Shown here in pieces: positions 1 through 8,702 of a DNA stretch of 47,857 bases. A model generated the notes under the pieces. The model was not told where the DNA came from, searched no databases, and saw only the letters and a program-made list of their open reading frames with translations. Origin of the DNA: an uncultured Acidimicrobiaceae bacterium (lineage in GTDB: Bacteria; Actinomycetota; Acidimicrobiia; Acidimicrobiales; RAAP-2); the NCBI GenBank assembly GCA_937881055.1, contig CALGFJ010000061.1, positions 1 through 47,857 of the forward strand, given 5' to 3'. The translations under genes were made by a program, and so were the position numbers. Numbering within the stretch: the first letter of the stretch is position 1; the number at the start of each line of letters is the position of its first letter.

Positions 1-297
1 ATCACGACCGACGTCGAGCAGCGACTGCTCTTCGACCGCGCTCGAATAAAGGACGTCGACGGTAAGCGGGTGGCCATCGTGGACGACGTGATCTCGACGG
101 GCGCGTCGACCGGAACGGCGCTGCGACTATTGCGCGGCGTCGGGGCCGAAATCGTGGTCATCGGTACCCTGGTGACCGAAGCCTCGGTGTGGCGGACATC
201 GCTCGGTGATGACGCGAAGATGGTGCGTGCCCTTGGTTCGATTCCGGTCTTTCGACCCGATGGCACGGGTGGTCTCGTCGAAGACTGGGCCGGTTGA
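1..297 (+). CDS. Type I phosphoribosyltransferase (adenine PRT-like), 5'-truncated by the window edge
   Basis: Frame is open from base 1. It contains the PRPP-binding motif VAIVDDVISTGAS. Confidence 0.8.
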   Translation: MTTDVEQRLLFDRARIKDVDGKRVAIVDDVISTGASTGTALRLLRGVGAEIVVIGTLVTEASVWRTSLGDDAKMVRALGSIPVFRPDGTGGLVEDWAG

Positions 298-308
298 ACC
301 GAAGATGA

Positions 309-340
309 CGATGCCCCCGAGCCGAAGCTCGGGGGCATCG
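309..340. terminator. Bidirectional hairpin terminator between convergent genes
   Basis: Perfect 14-bp stem CGATGCCCCCGAGC-cgaa-GCTCGGGGGCATCG between the PRTase and permease stop codons. Confidence 0.75.
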
Positions 341-349
341 AGCACGTGA

Positions 350-1909
350 CTACGACGTCGGTTCGAGTTCTTGTTGCTTCGTGACTTGTCGCGAAACGTT
401 GCCGGTGACCTTTTCGAGTACGAAGTACACGAGCGCGGCGACGATTATGCCGGTCGGAACCGAGAAGTCAGCGCCGCCGTACCAGCCGGCCGTACAGGCG
501 CCACTGACGTGATTGACGGCGGCGGCGCAGGCGCCACCGTAATGATTCGAGATCGGCGTCATCCAATGGAACGGGAAGTTGACCGGTGGGGGTGCCTTGG
601 AGAAGGCGATAGTCGCGCTGACCATCCCGATGACGAAGGCGACGATCGAGTTCCAGTTCACGCCACTCCTGCCGACGTAGTAGATCCCGCTCTTGTCATC
701 GCGCTGGAGTTCTGAAGCGCTGTAGCGGTACTTACGCATGATCCAGTCCATGAGATAGATGCCGAGCCACGGGGCGATCCACACGATGATGACGCCGACG
801 AACTCCTTCATGTAGAGCGAGAACGTCGACTGGAACATTGCCCAGATCGTGAGCCCGCACGCGAGGAAGCTGTCCAGGACGACGGCCTGGTATCGCTTGA
901 GCTTGAGTCCCATCGCCTGGAGCGAGACGCCCGAAGAGTAGAGGTCGAGCGAGTTGATGCCGAAGAGCTGCACGATCGCGAAGATCAGAAAGAGCGCGAC
1001 GACCCAACTCGGGATGGTGTGCTGGATGTGCAGCGCTTCAAAGGGGTTCGAACCATTCCAGTCCGCCGACTGGGCGCTCGAGGAGATAAAGGTGAACGTG
1101 GCCGCGCCGAGGACCATCATGAAGATCTCCGGAATCGCCGTGCCGAGGAACATCCAGCCGACGATCGAACCCTTGCTCGCGTCGCGCGCCACGTAGCGGG
1201 TGTAGTCATTGCCGCACTCGGTCCAGCCGAGACCCGAAAGAGCGAAGGTGAAGGCCAGTCCGGCGGTGAACAGTTCCCAACCGCCCCCGAAACCCTTGAA
1301 GCTGGCCGAACCGTGCTTGAAGTCATAGAACGCCAACAACACGAAGATCGCACCAAAGGGAATGATCAACGCGCGCAGGACCTTGACCATCGTCGCGTGA
1401 CCGAAGTACGGCATCACGGCCTGAATGGCGGCCGCGAGGATGATGTACGTGACCTTCAGACCACTGGACGTGTGGATGCCGGCCATCTGGGAGAGCACCA
1501 GTGCCGCGCCGACGATGAGGATCAGTCCCTCGGTCTCGAAACCCAACTGCGTTAACCAGTTGAAGAAACTGAGCAGGCGCGAACCGCGGGTGCCGAAGGG
1601 CGCTCGAGAGATCATGAACGCCGTCGTGCCGGTCTCGGGACCCTGCAAGGATGCGAGGCCCAAAAGGAAATACGAGACGTTGCCGATGATGATGACCGCG
1701 AGCGCCGTATAAAAGCTGAAGCCGAAGCCCATCAGGAGCGCACCGTAGATGAAGTACTCGACGTTGATCGAAGTGCCGGCCCACAGGGCGGCGATGTTGC
1801 GCGGCGTCGCCCAGCGCTCGTCTTCCGGGACGTAATCAATGCCGCGTCGTTCTACCTTGAAAGCTTCGTCGCCCACAGATCCGTCGTGAATTTCAATGCC
1901 TGTCGCCAC
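350..1909 (-). CDS. NCS1-family purine/cytosine permease
   Basis: About 12 hydrophobic segments, N-terminal ERRGIDYVPEDER and ISRAPFGTRGS motifs typical of CodB/Fcy2-like permeases. Start moved to GTG 1909, which follows a GGGAGGA Shine-Dalgarno. Confidence 0.85.
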   Translation of the reverse strand: MATGIEIHDGSVGDEAFKVERRGIDYVPEDERWATPRNIAALWAGTSINVEYFIYGALLMGFGFSFYTALAVIIIGNVSYFLLGLASLQGPETGTTAFMISRAPFGTRGSRLLSFFNWLTQLGFETEGLILIVGAALVLSQMAGIHTSSGLKVTYIILAAAIQAVMPYFGHATMVKVLRALIIPFGAIFVLLAFYDFKHGSASFKGFGGGWELFTAGLAFTFALSGLGWTECGNDYTRYVARDASKGSIVGWMFLGTAIPEIFMMVLGAATFTFISSSAQSADWNGSNPFEALHIQHTIPSWVVALFLIFAIVQLFGINSLDLYSSGVSLQAMGLKLKRYQAVVLDSFLACGLTIWAMFQSTFSLYMKEFVGVIIVWIAPWLGIYLMDWIMRKYRYSASELQRDDKSGIYYVGRSGVNWNSIVAFVIGMVSATIAFSKAPPPVNFPFHWMTPISNHYGGACAAAVNHVSGACTAGWYGGADFSVPTGIIVAALVYFVLEKVTGNVSRQVTKQQELEPTS

Positions 1910-1978
1910 TCGTGTGGTCCTCCCTAATAGATGGTGTGCACCTGATACGACCCCGTGAGGTGCTAGTCGTACGCGCCC

Positions 1979-1984
1979 AGTATG
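1979..1984 (-). promoter_or_regulatory. Putative -10 element (CATACT) of the permease gene
   Basis: CATACT on the minus strand, about 70 nt upstream of the GTG start. Confidence 0.4.
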
Positions 1985-2009
1985 CCCGAATTCAATTGGC
2001 GAATGAGGC

Positions 2010-2040
2010 CTTCGTGACAACTTCGTGACGAACTTCGAGA
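2010..2040. repeat. Short tandem direct repeat, possible operator
   Basis: CTTCGTGAC at 2010 and 2021, and CTTCGAGA at 2033, in the divergent intergenic region. Confidence 0.5.
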
Positions 2041-2139
2041 TTTAGTTCCTTCTTAGGCCCTCCCAATCACATCCACACACTCGTCGAAGAAGATGTACCT
2101 GTCTCGAAATCCCCCCATTCGAGACAGAAAGAGAGCATC

Positions 2140-2928
2140 ATGACTCAGTCAACACAAGCACGAGTTCTGCGGCGAGTCGGTGTTTCCTCGGCGGCCGCTG
2201 TCAAGGTGCTCGCCAGCGGCATTGGCGTCGCCAACGCGTCAACCCTCCGGTTGAAGCCAGTTAGCCCGTCGACGACCAACCAAGCGAAAGACGCCATTAC
2301 GAACGCTCCGCCACTGATGCCGTTCGGCGGTCCTGGTGTTAGCAGCGGTCTCGATGACATCGGTGGTGAAGTGACCGCCCTCTCGAGTTCTTCACTCACC
2401 ATTGTCAGTCTTAACGGGACCCAAAGTACGTACGGCATCAATCCGTCGCCGGTCGTGACGGACCTTCGCGCCAGCGGCACCGAGTCGAGCATCGGCGTGG
2501 GCGACAATGTGCGAATCGTGGTGAGCTCCTCCGACTCGAGCATCGCCACTTTCATCGACATCGTGCCCGCGAACATCGCCGGTCGGGTCAGCGCTCTCAG
2601 CGATGACACGATCTCCGTGTCGGGACCCAACGGCATCACGGGAACGATTCAGGTCAGCGCCTCGACCACGTACTCGAAGAATCGTTCGAGCGCGACGCTG
2701 GGTGACGTGAGTGTCGGGACGTTCATCTTCGCCGAAGGTACCTTCGGTTCGTCACCCACAACCATTGATGCCGCGACCGTTGGGATAAGAGCGCCTCATC
2801 CCGGTAACGGTCCGGTCTCCGGACACGACGCCGGGCCCGGACCAACGGGTATCGGTACCTATTGGCACGCTCCGCCTGGGATGCGATCCGATATCGGTCC
2901 TCGTATGAGAGGAGCCGTAGCGAAGTAG
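2140..2928 (+). CDS. Secreted DUF5666-like repeat protein
   Basis: Signal-peptide-like N-terminus ending in ANA. Two beta-rich repeats (GEVTALSSSSLTI...IGVGDNVRI; GRVSALSDDTISV...VSVGTFIFAEG) and a Gly/Pro-rich tail. Confidence 0.65.
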   Translation: MTQSTQARVLRRVGVSSAAAVKVLASGIGVANASTLRLKPVSPSTTNQAKDAITNAPPLMPFGGPGVSSGLDDIGGEVTALSSSSLTIVSLNGTQSTYGINPSPVVTDLRASGTESSIGVGDNVRIVVSSSDSSIATFIDIVPANIAGRVSALSDDTISVSGPNGITGTIQVSASTTYSKNRSSATLGDVSVGTFIFAEGTFGSSPTTIDAATVGIRAPHPGNGPVSGHDAGPGPTGIGTYWHAPPGMRSDIGPRMRGAVAK

Positions 2929-2960
2929 CTCTCAACTGATCGATAGCGATCGACACCTCC

Positions 2961-3058
2961 TCAGGGCCCGGGTGGTCCCTCCCTACCATCCGGGCTCTGA
3001 TGCAACAATTCGAATGTCCAGTCAGGACCCAGACGGCACCCCCTCCGTCTGGGTCCTG
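2961..3058 (+). ncRNA. Tandem hairpins with C-rich loops (6C-like sRNA candidate, or double terminator)
   Basis: 16-bp stem with 2 G-U pairs and loop CCCUCCCU at 2961-3000; 14-bp perfect stem with loop CACCCCCU at 3023-3058. Confidence 0.4.
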
Positions 3059-3212
3059 CGTCATTACTGAGGACTCTGAACACAGTTCGCGAGTGCGACG
3101 TCACGTTTTGATCGCCCCCGATGCCCTGATCACGGGGAACAACTCAGTGGATAACCGGTCGAATACGACCAAAATCCGTTGTTTTGTTACGCCCGACATC
3201 ATCTAATGGGCC

Positions 3213-3240
3213 TCGCAGGACTTTCACAGGGCTCTCACAA
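3213..3240 (+). promoter_or_regulatory. OmpR/PhoP-type direct-repeat box
   Basis: TCGCAG-N5-TCACAG-N5-TCACAA, starting at 3213, 3224 and 3235 (11-bp period). Confidence 0.5.
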
Positions 3241-3874
3241 AACGTGCCCTCAAGATTGATATGTCTTTGATCAACTCGACTCGAGACAGAGGGCAGGTCT
3301 CACGATGTTCCGTACCGAGATGGCAAAGGCGTTCAATCGTCCCACGTTGAACTCAGTGGCCGCTGAGCATCAAATGGTTGACCTCATGGGTCGCGAGTGG
3401 CTTCCGTTCGGCGATCCACTTTCCAGCGCAGATCGGTTCGTCATCTGCAGAACCGTGGCTCGCGACGGTTACGACTCTTCTGGGGTCCTGGAATCTCGCG
3501 ACACTCTCTTCCCCTCTTCTCGCGTCCCTTTCGTCGCTGGCGACTTAATACTCAGCGTTAGGGCCAGAACTCTTGGTACGAGATCAATATTCGCCGTCAC
3601 ACCGAAGTGCCGTTCTCTCAGTTGTGAATGTGACCGTCATCTTCACAACTGCCCTCGACGCGGAATCGCGTCGAACAACCTCGATGGTCGTCACGAGCAC
3701 GGCCACGTATGAGTTTCCCGGGGTCCGTGCGGCGTCGCCCTGCCGATCGGGCCCCGGGAATATAGCCGGAGGGGATTTAGCGACTGCACTTCTTTCCCGA
3801 TGGGTTCTTGCTAAGTTGCGACCAGTAGGAGCGCCAGCACAAGGCCGGAGCTCCCGGGGGAAAGCAGGACAGAG

Positions 3875-5770
3875 ATGTCATCCACGTTCGATCGTCGATC
3901 GTTCCTTACACACTCAGCCGCCACAATCGGTGGTGTCGCGTTGGCGGGCTCGGTCGTTGACGACCTTCTCGCCACCTCGGCCAGCGCCGCGGCGATCGGT
4001 GTGAATGCAGGAAAGCCCAAGCGTGGTGGGACGCTGACCGTCGGAACTCTCTCCGATGTTCCGAACTACCACATTTTTAACGGCTCACAAGGCAAGATGG
4101 ACGCGTCTGGATTCTGCGTCGCCAACGCGCTCTACGACCCGCTGTTCGTGATGTCGGCGAATGGCAAGGTCGCGCTGCCGATGCTGGCGCTTTCAGCTAC
4201 CCCGAACGCGAATTACACGGTGTGGACGATTGCTCTTCGCCAAGGCGTCACCTTCACCAACGGCGACCCATTCGACGCTGACATTGTGGTCGCCAACTGG
4301 GTCGCGGCTAACGCTGATCCCACGGTCGGACTGGCGATTAAGCCGATTATCCAATCGGTGACGAAGGTGGACAGCTTCACCGTGGCCTACAACATGGTGA
4401 TTCCGTTCTCGGCCTTCCCGGTTTCCTTGGCCGAGCAGCAGATTGCCTACATGGCGCACCCCACTTCGTTCGTATCCACCTACACCGGCAACCCGATCGG
4501 AACTGGCCCGTTCAAGGTGAAGTCGTGGCAGGTGAACGTCGAGTCGCAGCTGACGAAGAACGGCAGTTATTGGAAGTCGGACTCCCACGGTCGTCAGCTG
4601 CCGTATTTGAGCAATATTCACTTCAAGACGATTGTTGACCCCGAAGCGCGCAATCAAGCGCTCCAGGCCGGCAACGTGGACATGATCCTCCAGCAGACCG
4701 GACCGCAGATCAATGCGTTCAAACACATGAAGGGTGTGAAGTTCGTCACGGACATCCATGCGCCGCGCGACCCGGGTCTCAACTTCTTGATCATGAACAC
4801 GACGGGCACGATGAACCAGTACTTCGCGTGGGCCGGTGAATTCGCGCCGACCGTGCCTGGATCATTGCAATACATCTTGAAGGGTCAAGCGCCGCCGTTG
4901 CTGGTCCAAGAGGCCGACTGGGTCGGCACGATGGGCGCCGTCAACCCTTCGTCCCTCCAGTGGGACACGACCATGAAGCCGGTCGTGAACGACCAGAGCA
5001 TTCGTCAAGCCTTGGCCATGGCGGTGAATCGCAGCACGTACTTCCGCGTCATCGACGACGGCGTGGGCGCACTGGCGGACGGCATCTTCCGAAAGAGTTC
5101 GCCGTTCTACAAGAACCCCGGCTACCCGGCCTACAACCCGACCAAGGCCAAGGCCCTCGTAGACGCCTACAAATCCAAGAACAGCGTCTCTTCAGTTGGC
5201 TTCGTCATGGACATCGTGGCCGGCAGTGCGACGGCGACCAAAGCCTTCGACTTCTTCCAGCAGGAGTTCTCGAAGATCGGCGTCACGATCACGCCTCGTT
5301 CACTCGTCCAGAGCACGCTCATCAACAACGTGATCTACGGCGAATACGACTGCGCGGGCTGGAACCAGTTCGGTGGCACCGACCAGTCACTGAACTACGT
5401 GTGGTTCGACTCGCAGTCGGCAACGACGTCGCCCGCCGTGGGTGGTTTGGGTATGTCGGGGCTTCCGACGGGAACCCAGATCGCCGGTGCGGTCAACTTC
5501 GCCCACCAGGCCGACCCCGTCGTCGAGACAGCGCTGTTGGCCGCTCTCGCCGCACGCCCCGGTTCGGCCGCGCAAAAGACCGCCTGGCAGACGGTGAACC
5601 GTCGCTTCGCGATCGAGATTCCCTACGTGATGCTCGACACCTTGGTCAACGCGTGGGCCGCGCGGTCCAATGTGCAGAACTGGGTCTCGGGAACGGCCGG
5701 CGACGGTACGACTCGATGCCTCAGCCCGGACGGCGATTCCGCGCGCTGGGACCAGATCTGGAAGAGTTAG
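3875..5770 (+). CDS. Tat-exported ABC transporter substrate-binding protein, family 5 (DppA/OppA-like)
   Basis: Twin-arginine signal FDRRSFL. Family-5 motifs LRQGVTFTNGDPFDA, PIGTGPFK and IRQALAMAVNR. Confidence 0.85.
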   Translation: MSSTFDRRSFLTHSAATIGGVALAGSVVDDLLATSASAAAIGVNAGKPKRGGTLTVGTLSDVPNYHIFNGSQGKMDASGFCVANALYDPLFVMSANGKVALPMLALSATPNANYTVWTIALRQGVTFTNGDPFDADIVVANWVAANADPTVGLAIKPIIQSVTKVDSFTVAYNMVIPFSAFPVSLAEQQIAYMAHPTSFVSTYTGNPIGTGPFKVKSWQVNVESQLTKNGSYWKSDSHGRQLPYLSNIHFKTIVDPEARNQALQAGNVDMILQQTGPQINAFKHMKGVKFVTDIHAPRDPGLNFLIMNTTGTMNQYFAWAGEFAPTVPGSLQYILKGQAPPLLVQEADWVGTMGAVNPSSLQWDTTMKPVVNDQSIRQALAMAVNRSTYFRVIDDGVGALADGIFRKSSPFYKNPGYPAYNPTKAKALVDAYKSKNSVSSVGFVMDIVAGSATATKAFDFFQQEFSKIGVTITPRSLVQSTLINNVIYGEYDCAGWNQFGGTDQSLNYVWFDSQSATTSPAVGGLGMSGLPTGTQIAGAVNFAHQADPVVETALLAALAARPGSAAQKTAWQTVNRRFAIEIPYVMLDTLVNAWAARSNVQNWVSGTAGDGTTRCLSPDGDSARWDQIWKS

Positions 5771-5794
5771 TTTTTCGGCTACGAAGTATTGCAC

Positions 5795-5828
5795 TGACGT
5801 AGGGGCGGCGAGAGCCGCCCCTACGTCA
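5795..5828. terminator. Bidirectional hairpin terminator
   Basis: Perfect 15-bp stem TGACGTAGGGGCGGC-gaga-GCCGCCCCTACGTCA between convergent genes. Confidence 0.8.
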
Positions 5829-5833
5829 CGTGT

Positions 5834-6991
5834 TCACACGCTTTCCGTGATGTTGCCCGTTACGTCGCGCCACCACCACAGGGTCGTCAGTCCGAGAACG
5901 GCCGAGACGACGGCGAGCAGGGTGAAGGGGAGTGCCGAGTTGATCGTGAAGAGGAAACCTGAAGTCCCGGCCGCGACGGCGAGCGCCGCGGTGTTCGAGG
6001 TCGCGTAGAGGCCCTGGCGCCGACTCAGTTCGCGATGGACCGCCCCCTGGCTCATCAGTGACGAAATGGACGGCGCCGACATGGCCGCGCCGATTGACTC
6101 CAGTGACCCCATGAACAAGATGAGGTCGTTGTTGTGAATGTGCGGATAGATAGAGAGGAAGACCGCCCCGTTCAACAATCCGACGAGGGCGACGTAGCGG
6201 CGATTGGCGTGATCGGCCAACCATCCACCGATACCACTGAGCGCAACAAAGGGGAGACAGAAGATTGTCCAACTGAGGCGGATCTGCAACGTTGAGGCGT
6301 GGTGCGCGTGCATCAACAGACTCCAACACGCTTCGTACACGCCGATGACGAGTCCGCCCGCGCAGGCCGCGACGAGCGCCCCCGTGAGTTGCGGGTTCCA
6401 TTGCAACTTGGGCAACGGTGTCGGGTCGTACGCTCGGTCGCCGAGGTTGGTGCGATAGGCGACGATCGCGGCCACGAAGCTGATCATGCCCGCCGCGAAG
6501 AAGGCCCAGCCGAGGCTGTTGACCGACACCACGACGCCGGCGATCGGACCGAGCGCGAGGCCGAGCAGTTGGGCGGCGATGATGCGCGAGACCGCGCGAC
6601 CCCGTTCGCTCTCGGAAAAAAGAGCCGCCACGGCGGACATCGACGCCACTTCGATCGCGCCGGCCGAGGCGCCTTGGACGGCGCGCGCGAGGGCGAACCA
6701 CGGCGCCGAGATGGGCAAGAGATACGTGGTGCTCGCGATGCCGTAGGCGACGAGACTGTAAATCAGAACGGGACGTCGACCGAATCGATCGGCGAGTCGT
6801 CCGAGAAAGAACTGGGTGACGACGCCCGCCACGAAGAACGACGCCATGATGAACCCAATCACGGTGGGCACGCCGCCGCGGTGCTCGAGGAAGAGCGGCA
6901 GCAACGGGAGCCCTAGCGTGGCGCCCATCCACTGGATCGCCACGATGATCGTGAGGCGGCGCAGGGTCTGCCGTGGAGTGCTCGGGGTCAC
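5834..6991 (-). CDS. MFS transporter (DHA1/TetA-like)
   Basis: MFS motif A GRLADRFGRRPV and about 12 TM segments. GTG start lies 6 nt after TAGCGT. Confidence 0.85.
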   Translation of the reverse strand: MTPSTPRQTLRRLTIIVAIQWMGATLGLPLLPLFLEHRGGVPTVIGFIMASFFVAGVVTQFFLGRLADRFGRRPVLIYSLVAYGIASTTYLLPISAPWFALARAVQGASAGAIEVASMSAVAALFSESERGRAVSRIIAAQLLGLALGPIAGVVVSVNSLGWAFFAAGMISFVAAIVAYRTNLGDRAYDPTPLPKLQWNPQLTGALVAACAGGLVIGVYEACWSLLMHAHHASTLQIRLSWTIFCLPFVALSGIGGWLADHANRRYVALVGLLNGAVFLSIYPHIHNNDLILFMGSLESIGAAMSAPSISSLMSQGAVHRELSRRQGLYATSNTAALAVAAGTSGFLFTINSALPFTLLAVVSAVLGLTTLWWWRDVTGNITESV

Positions 6992-7061
6992 CGCACAACG
7001 CTACTCACGCCGTGTCACCGCGCGAACTCCGTACGCCGTCGTCGGAGGCCCTGAAGATCCC

Positions 7062-7628
7062 CTACAGCGATCCGCATTCGATCAAAACCAAGACACCGAG
7101 GCCGAAGTACAGCCACGGCAAAAACGACGGCGCGTGTTTCGTGCCCCACGCGACGATGCGGGGATGTTTCGTGATGCGCTGCGCGCCGACGACGAACAAC
7201 AGCTCCAGCGCGGCGAAAACGACGACGGTCACGACGGCGTGGGCGATACCGTCGGCGCGAAGCAGGGGGATCCACACGGCGAGATTGTCCCCGCCCAGGG
7301 CCAGAGTCGTGACGAACGTCGTGAGCGCTCCCCGGCGAAAGATCTCATTAGGGGCATTGCTGCGGTGGCGCCACGCGTGCCACGCCAGCGCCCATGGTGC
7401 GAGACACAGAAGTCCGACCCACGGCAACGGAATCGGTGTGAGCAGTGAACCGATGCCGCCGGCCAGTACGAGCAGTGCCGCGACGCCGAGCGCTTGTGCG
7501 TAGCTCACTCGACGAACACGCTTCTCTTCCGTGACGATCAATTGCGCGGCGAAGGCGAAGAAATTGTCGAACATCGTGCCGAGATAGGCGAGGACGGCCA
7601 CGACGATGACACTGAGTATCGTGTGCAC
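7062..7628 (-). CDS. Cadmium-resistance transporter (CadD) family membrane protein
   Basis: Hydrophobic, with the CadD-like motifs GTMFDNF and TTLALGGDNLAVWIPL. Confidence 0.7.
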   Translation of the reverse strand: MHTILSVIVVAVLAYLGTMFDNFFAFAAQLIVTEEKRVRRVSYAQALGVAALLVLAGGIGSLLTPIPLPWVGLLCLAPWALAWHAWRHRSNAPNEIFRRGALTTFVTTLALGGDNLAVWIPLLRADGIAHAVVTVVVFAALELLFVVGAQRITKHPRIVAWGTKHAPSFLPWLYFGLGVLVLIECGSL

Positions 7629-7686
7629 GCGTTGACCTTACCTGACGGTCGAAAAACGAGAAATGAAGCACAGTAGGCTGTCAACG

Positions 7687-8661
7687 ATGATTCGTCAGGT
7701 CTTACCCCCGAGTGTCGAGCAGATCGAAGCGGCGCGCCGCGTCATCGCCGATCACCTCGTGCCCACACCGACGATCACTCTGTCGCTCCGTGGTCGACCG
7801 GTTCTCGTCAAGATGGAGAGCTTGCAGCCCACGGGATCGTTCAAGGTCCGAGGCGCGTTGGCCGCCGTGGACGCCTCGCGCCGCGGCGATCCGAACGGTG
7901 CGGTCATCACCGCGTCGGCTGGCAATCACGGACTCGGTATCGCGTACGCGTCATCGGTGCTCGGTGTTCCGGCCACTGTCGTGGTCCCGGAGAACGCGTC
8001 GGCCGCCAAAGTCAAGAAGCTCGGAAACTACATGATCGAGTTGATCCAATTCGGATCGTCTTTCGACGAGGCGCAGGTCCACGCACTGGCGCTCGCTGAC
8101 GAGCGATCAATTCGATTCATATCGCCCTTTAATAACTCCGACGTGATCGCCGGACAGTCCACGGTCTTCGACGAAATACTGTTGCAAGCGCCCGAACTCG
8201 AGCACCTCGTGATATCGGTCGGCGGCGGCGGACTCCTTTCGGGAGCGCTCATCTCTCGTGACGCGCACGGACGCTCCGACATTCGCATCACGGGCGTTCA
8301 GCCGACCGAGAGCGCCGCGCTCTATCACGTGTTACGTGGGGCGACGATGGCCGAGGTGGAACACCGTCCGACCATCGCCGACGGGCTCGCGGGCGGCGGT
8401 GACGACGGTTCCGTCACGAACGACCTCATCGCCTCCCACGACATACCTCTCGTCTTGGTACCCGAGATCGAGATTCGTCGTGCCGTGCGTGAGGCCGCCG
8501 AGAACAACGGCATCGTGATCGAAGGTTCGGCTTCGGCATCGTACGCGGCGATAACCAACGACCTCGTCGACGACGCCACTTCGCGCATCGGATTCATCGC
8601 GAGTGGACGCAACATATCGCTTGAGCTGCTGTTGGAGATATTGCAAGAGCCTCTGGCCTGA
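7687..8661 (+). CDS. PLP-dependent serine/threonine dehydratase family protein (no ACT domain)
   Basis: ESLQPTGSFKVRG (PLP lysine), SAGNHG, VGGGGL and SGRN motifs. ATG 7687 follows TAGGCT. Confidence 0.85.
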   Translation: MIRQVLPPSVEQIEAARRVIADHLVPTPTITLSLRGRPVLVKMESLQPTGSFKVRGALAAVDASRRGDPNGAVITASAGNHGLGIAYASSVLGVPATVVVPENASAAKVKKLGNYMIELIQFGSSFDEAQVHALALADERSIRFISPFNNSDVIAGQSTVFDEILLQAPELEHLVISVGGGGLLSGALISRDAHGRSDIRITGVQPTESAALYHVLRGATMAEVEHRPTIADGLAGGGDDGSVTNDLIASHDIPLVLVPEIEIRRAVREAAENNGIVIEGSASASYAAITNDLVDDATSRIGFIASGRNISLELLLEILQEPLA

Positions 8662-8702
8662 TCCACCGGGAAGCGCAAAACCTCGAACGGTAGTGTGTTC
8701 TC

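Noticed and set aside
2010-2040. Short repeats as a degenerate CRISPR array
   Set aside because: The units are 9 bp with 2-3 bp gaps, there are no spacers and there are no cas genes.
3141-3359. AACTCAGTGG repeated at 3141 and 3350 as a target-site duplication or att site
   Set aside because: Only 10 bp, with no transposase, integrase or terminal inverted repeats between the copies. Could be chance.
3305-3712. 135-aa ORF as a protein-coding gene
   Set aside because: No recognisable domain, atypical codon usage for this genome and overlap with several inverted repeats. Mentioned only under the promoter finding.
5826-6998. 390-aa alternative-frame ORF over the MFS gene
   Set aside because: Arg/Pro-rich frame-shifted shadow. 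The 5834-6991 frame carries the MFS motifs.
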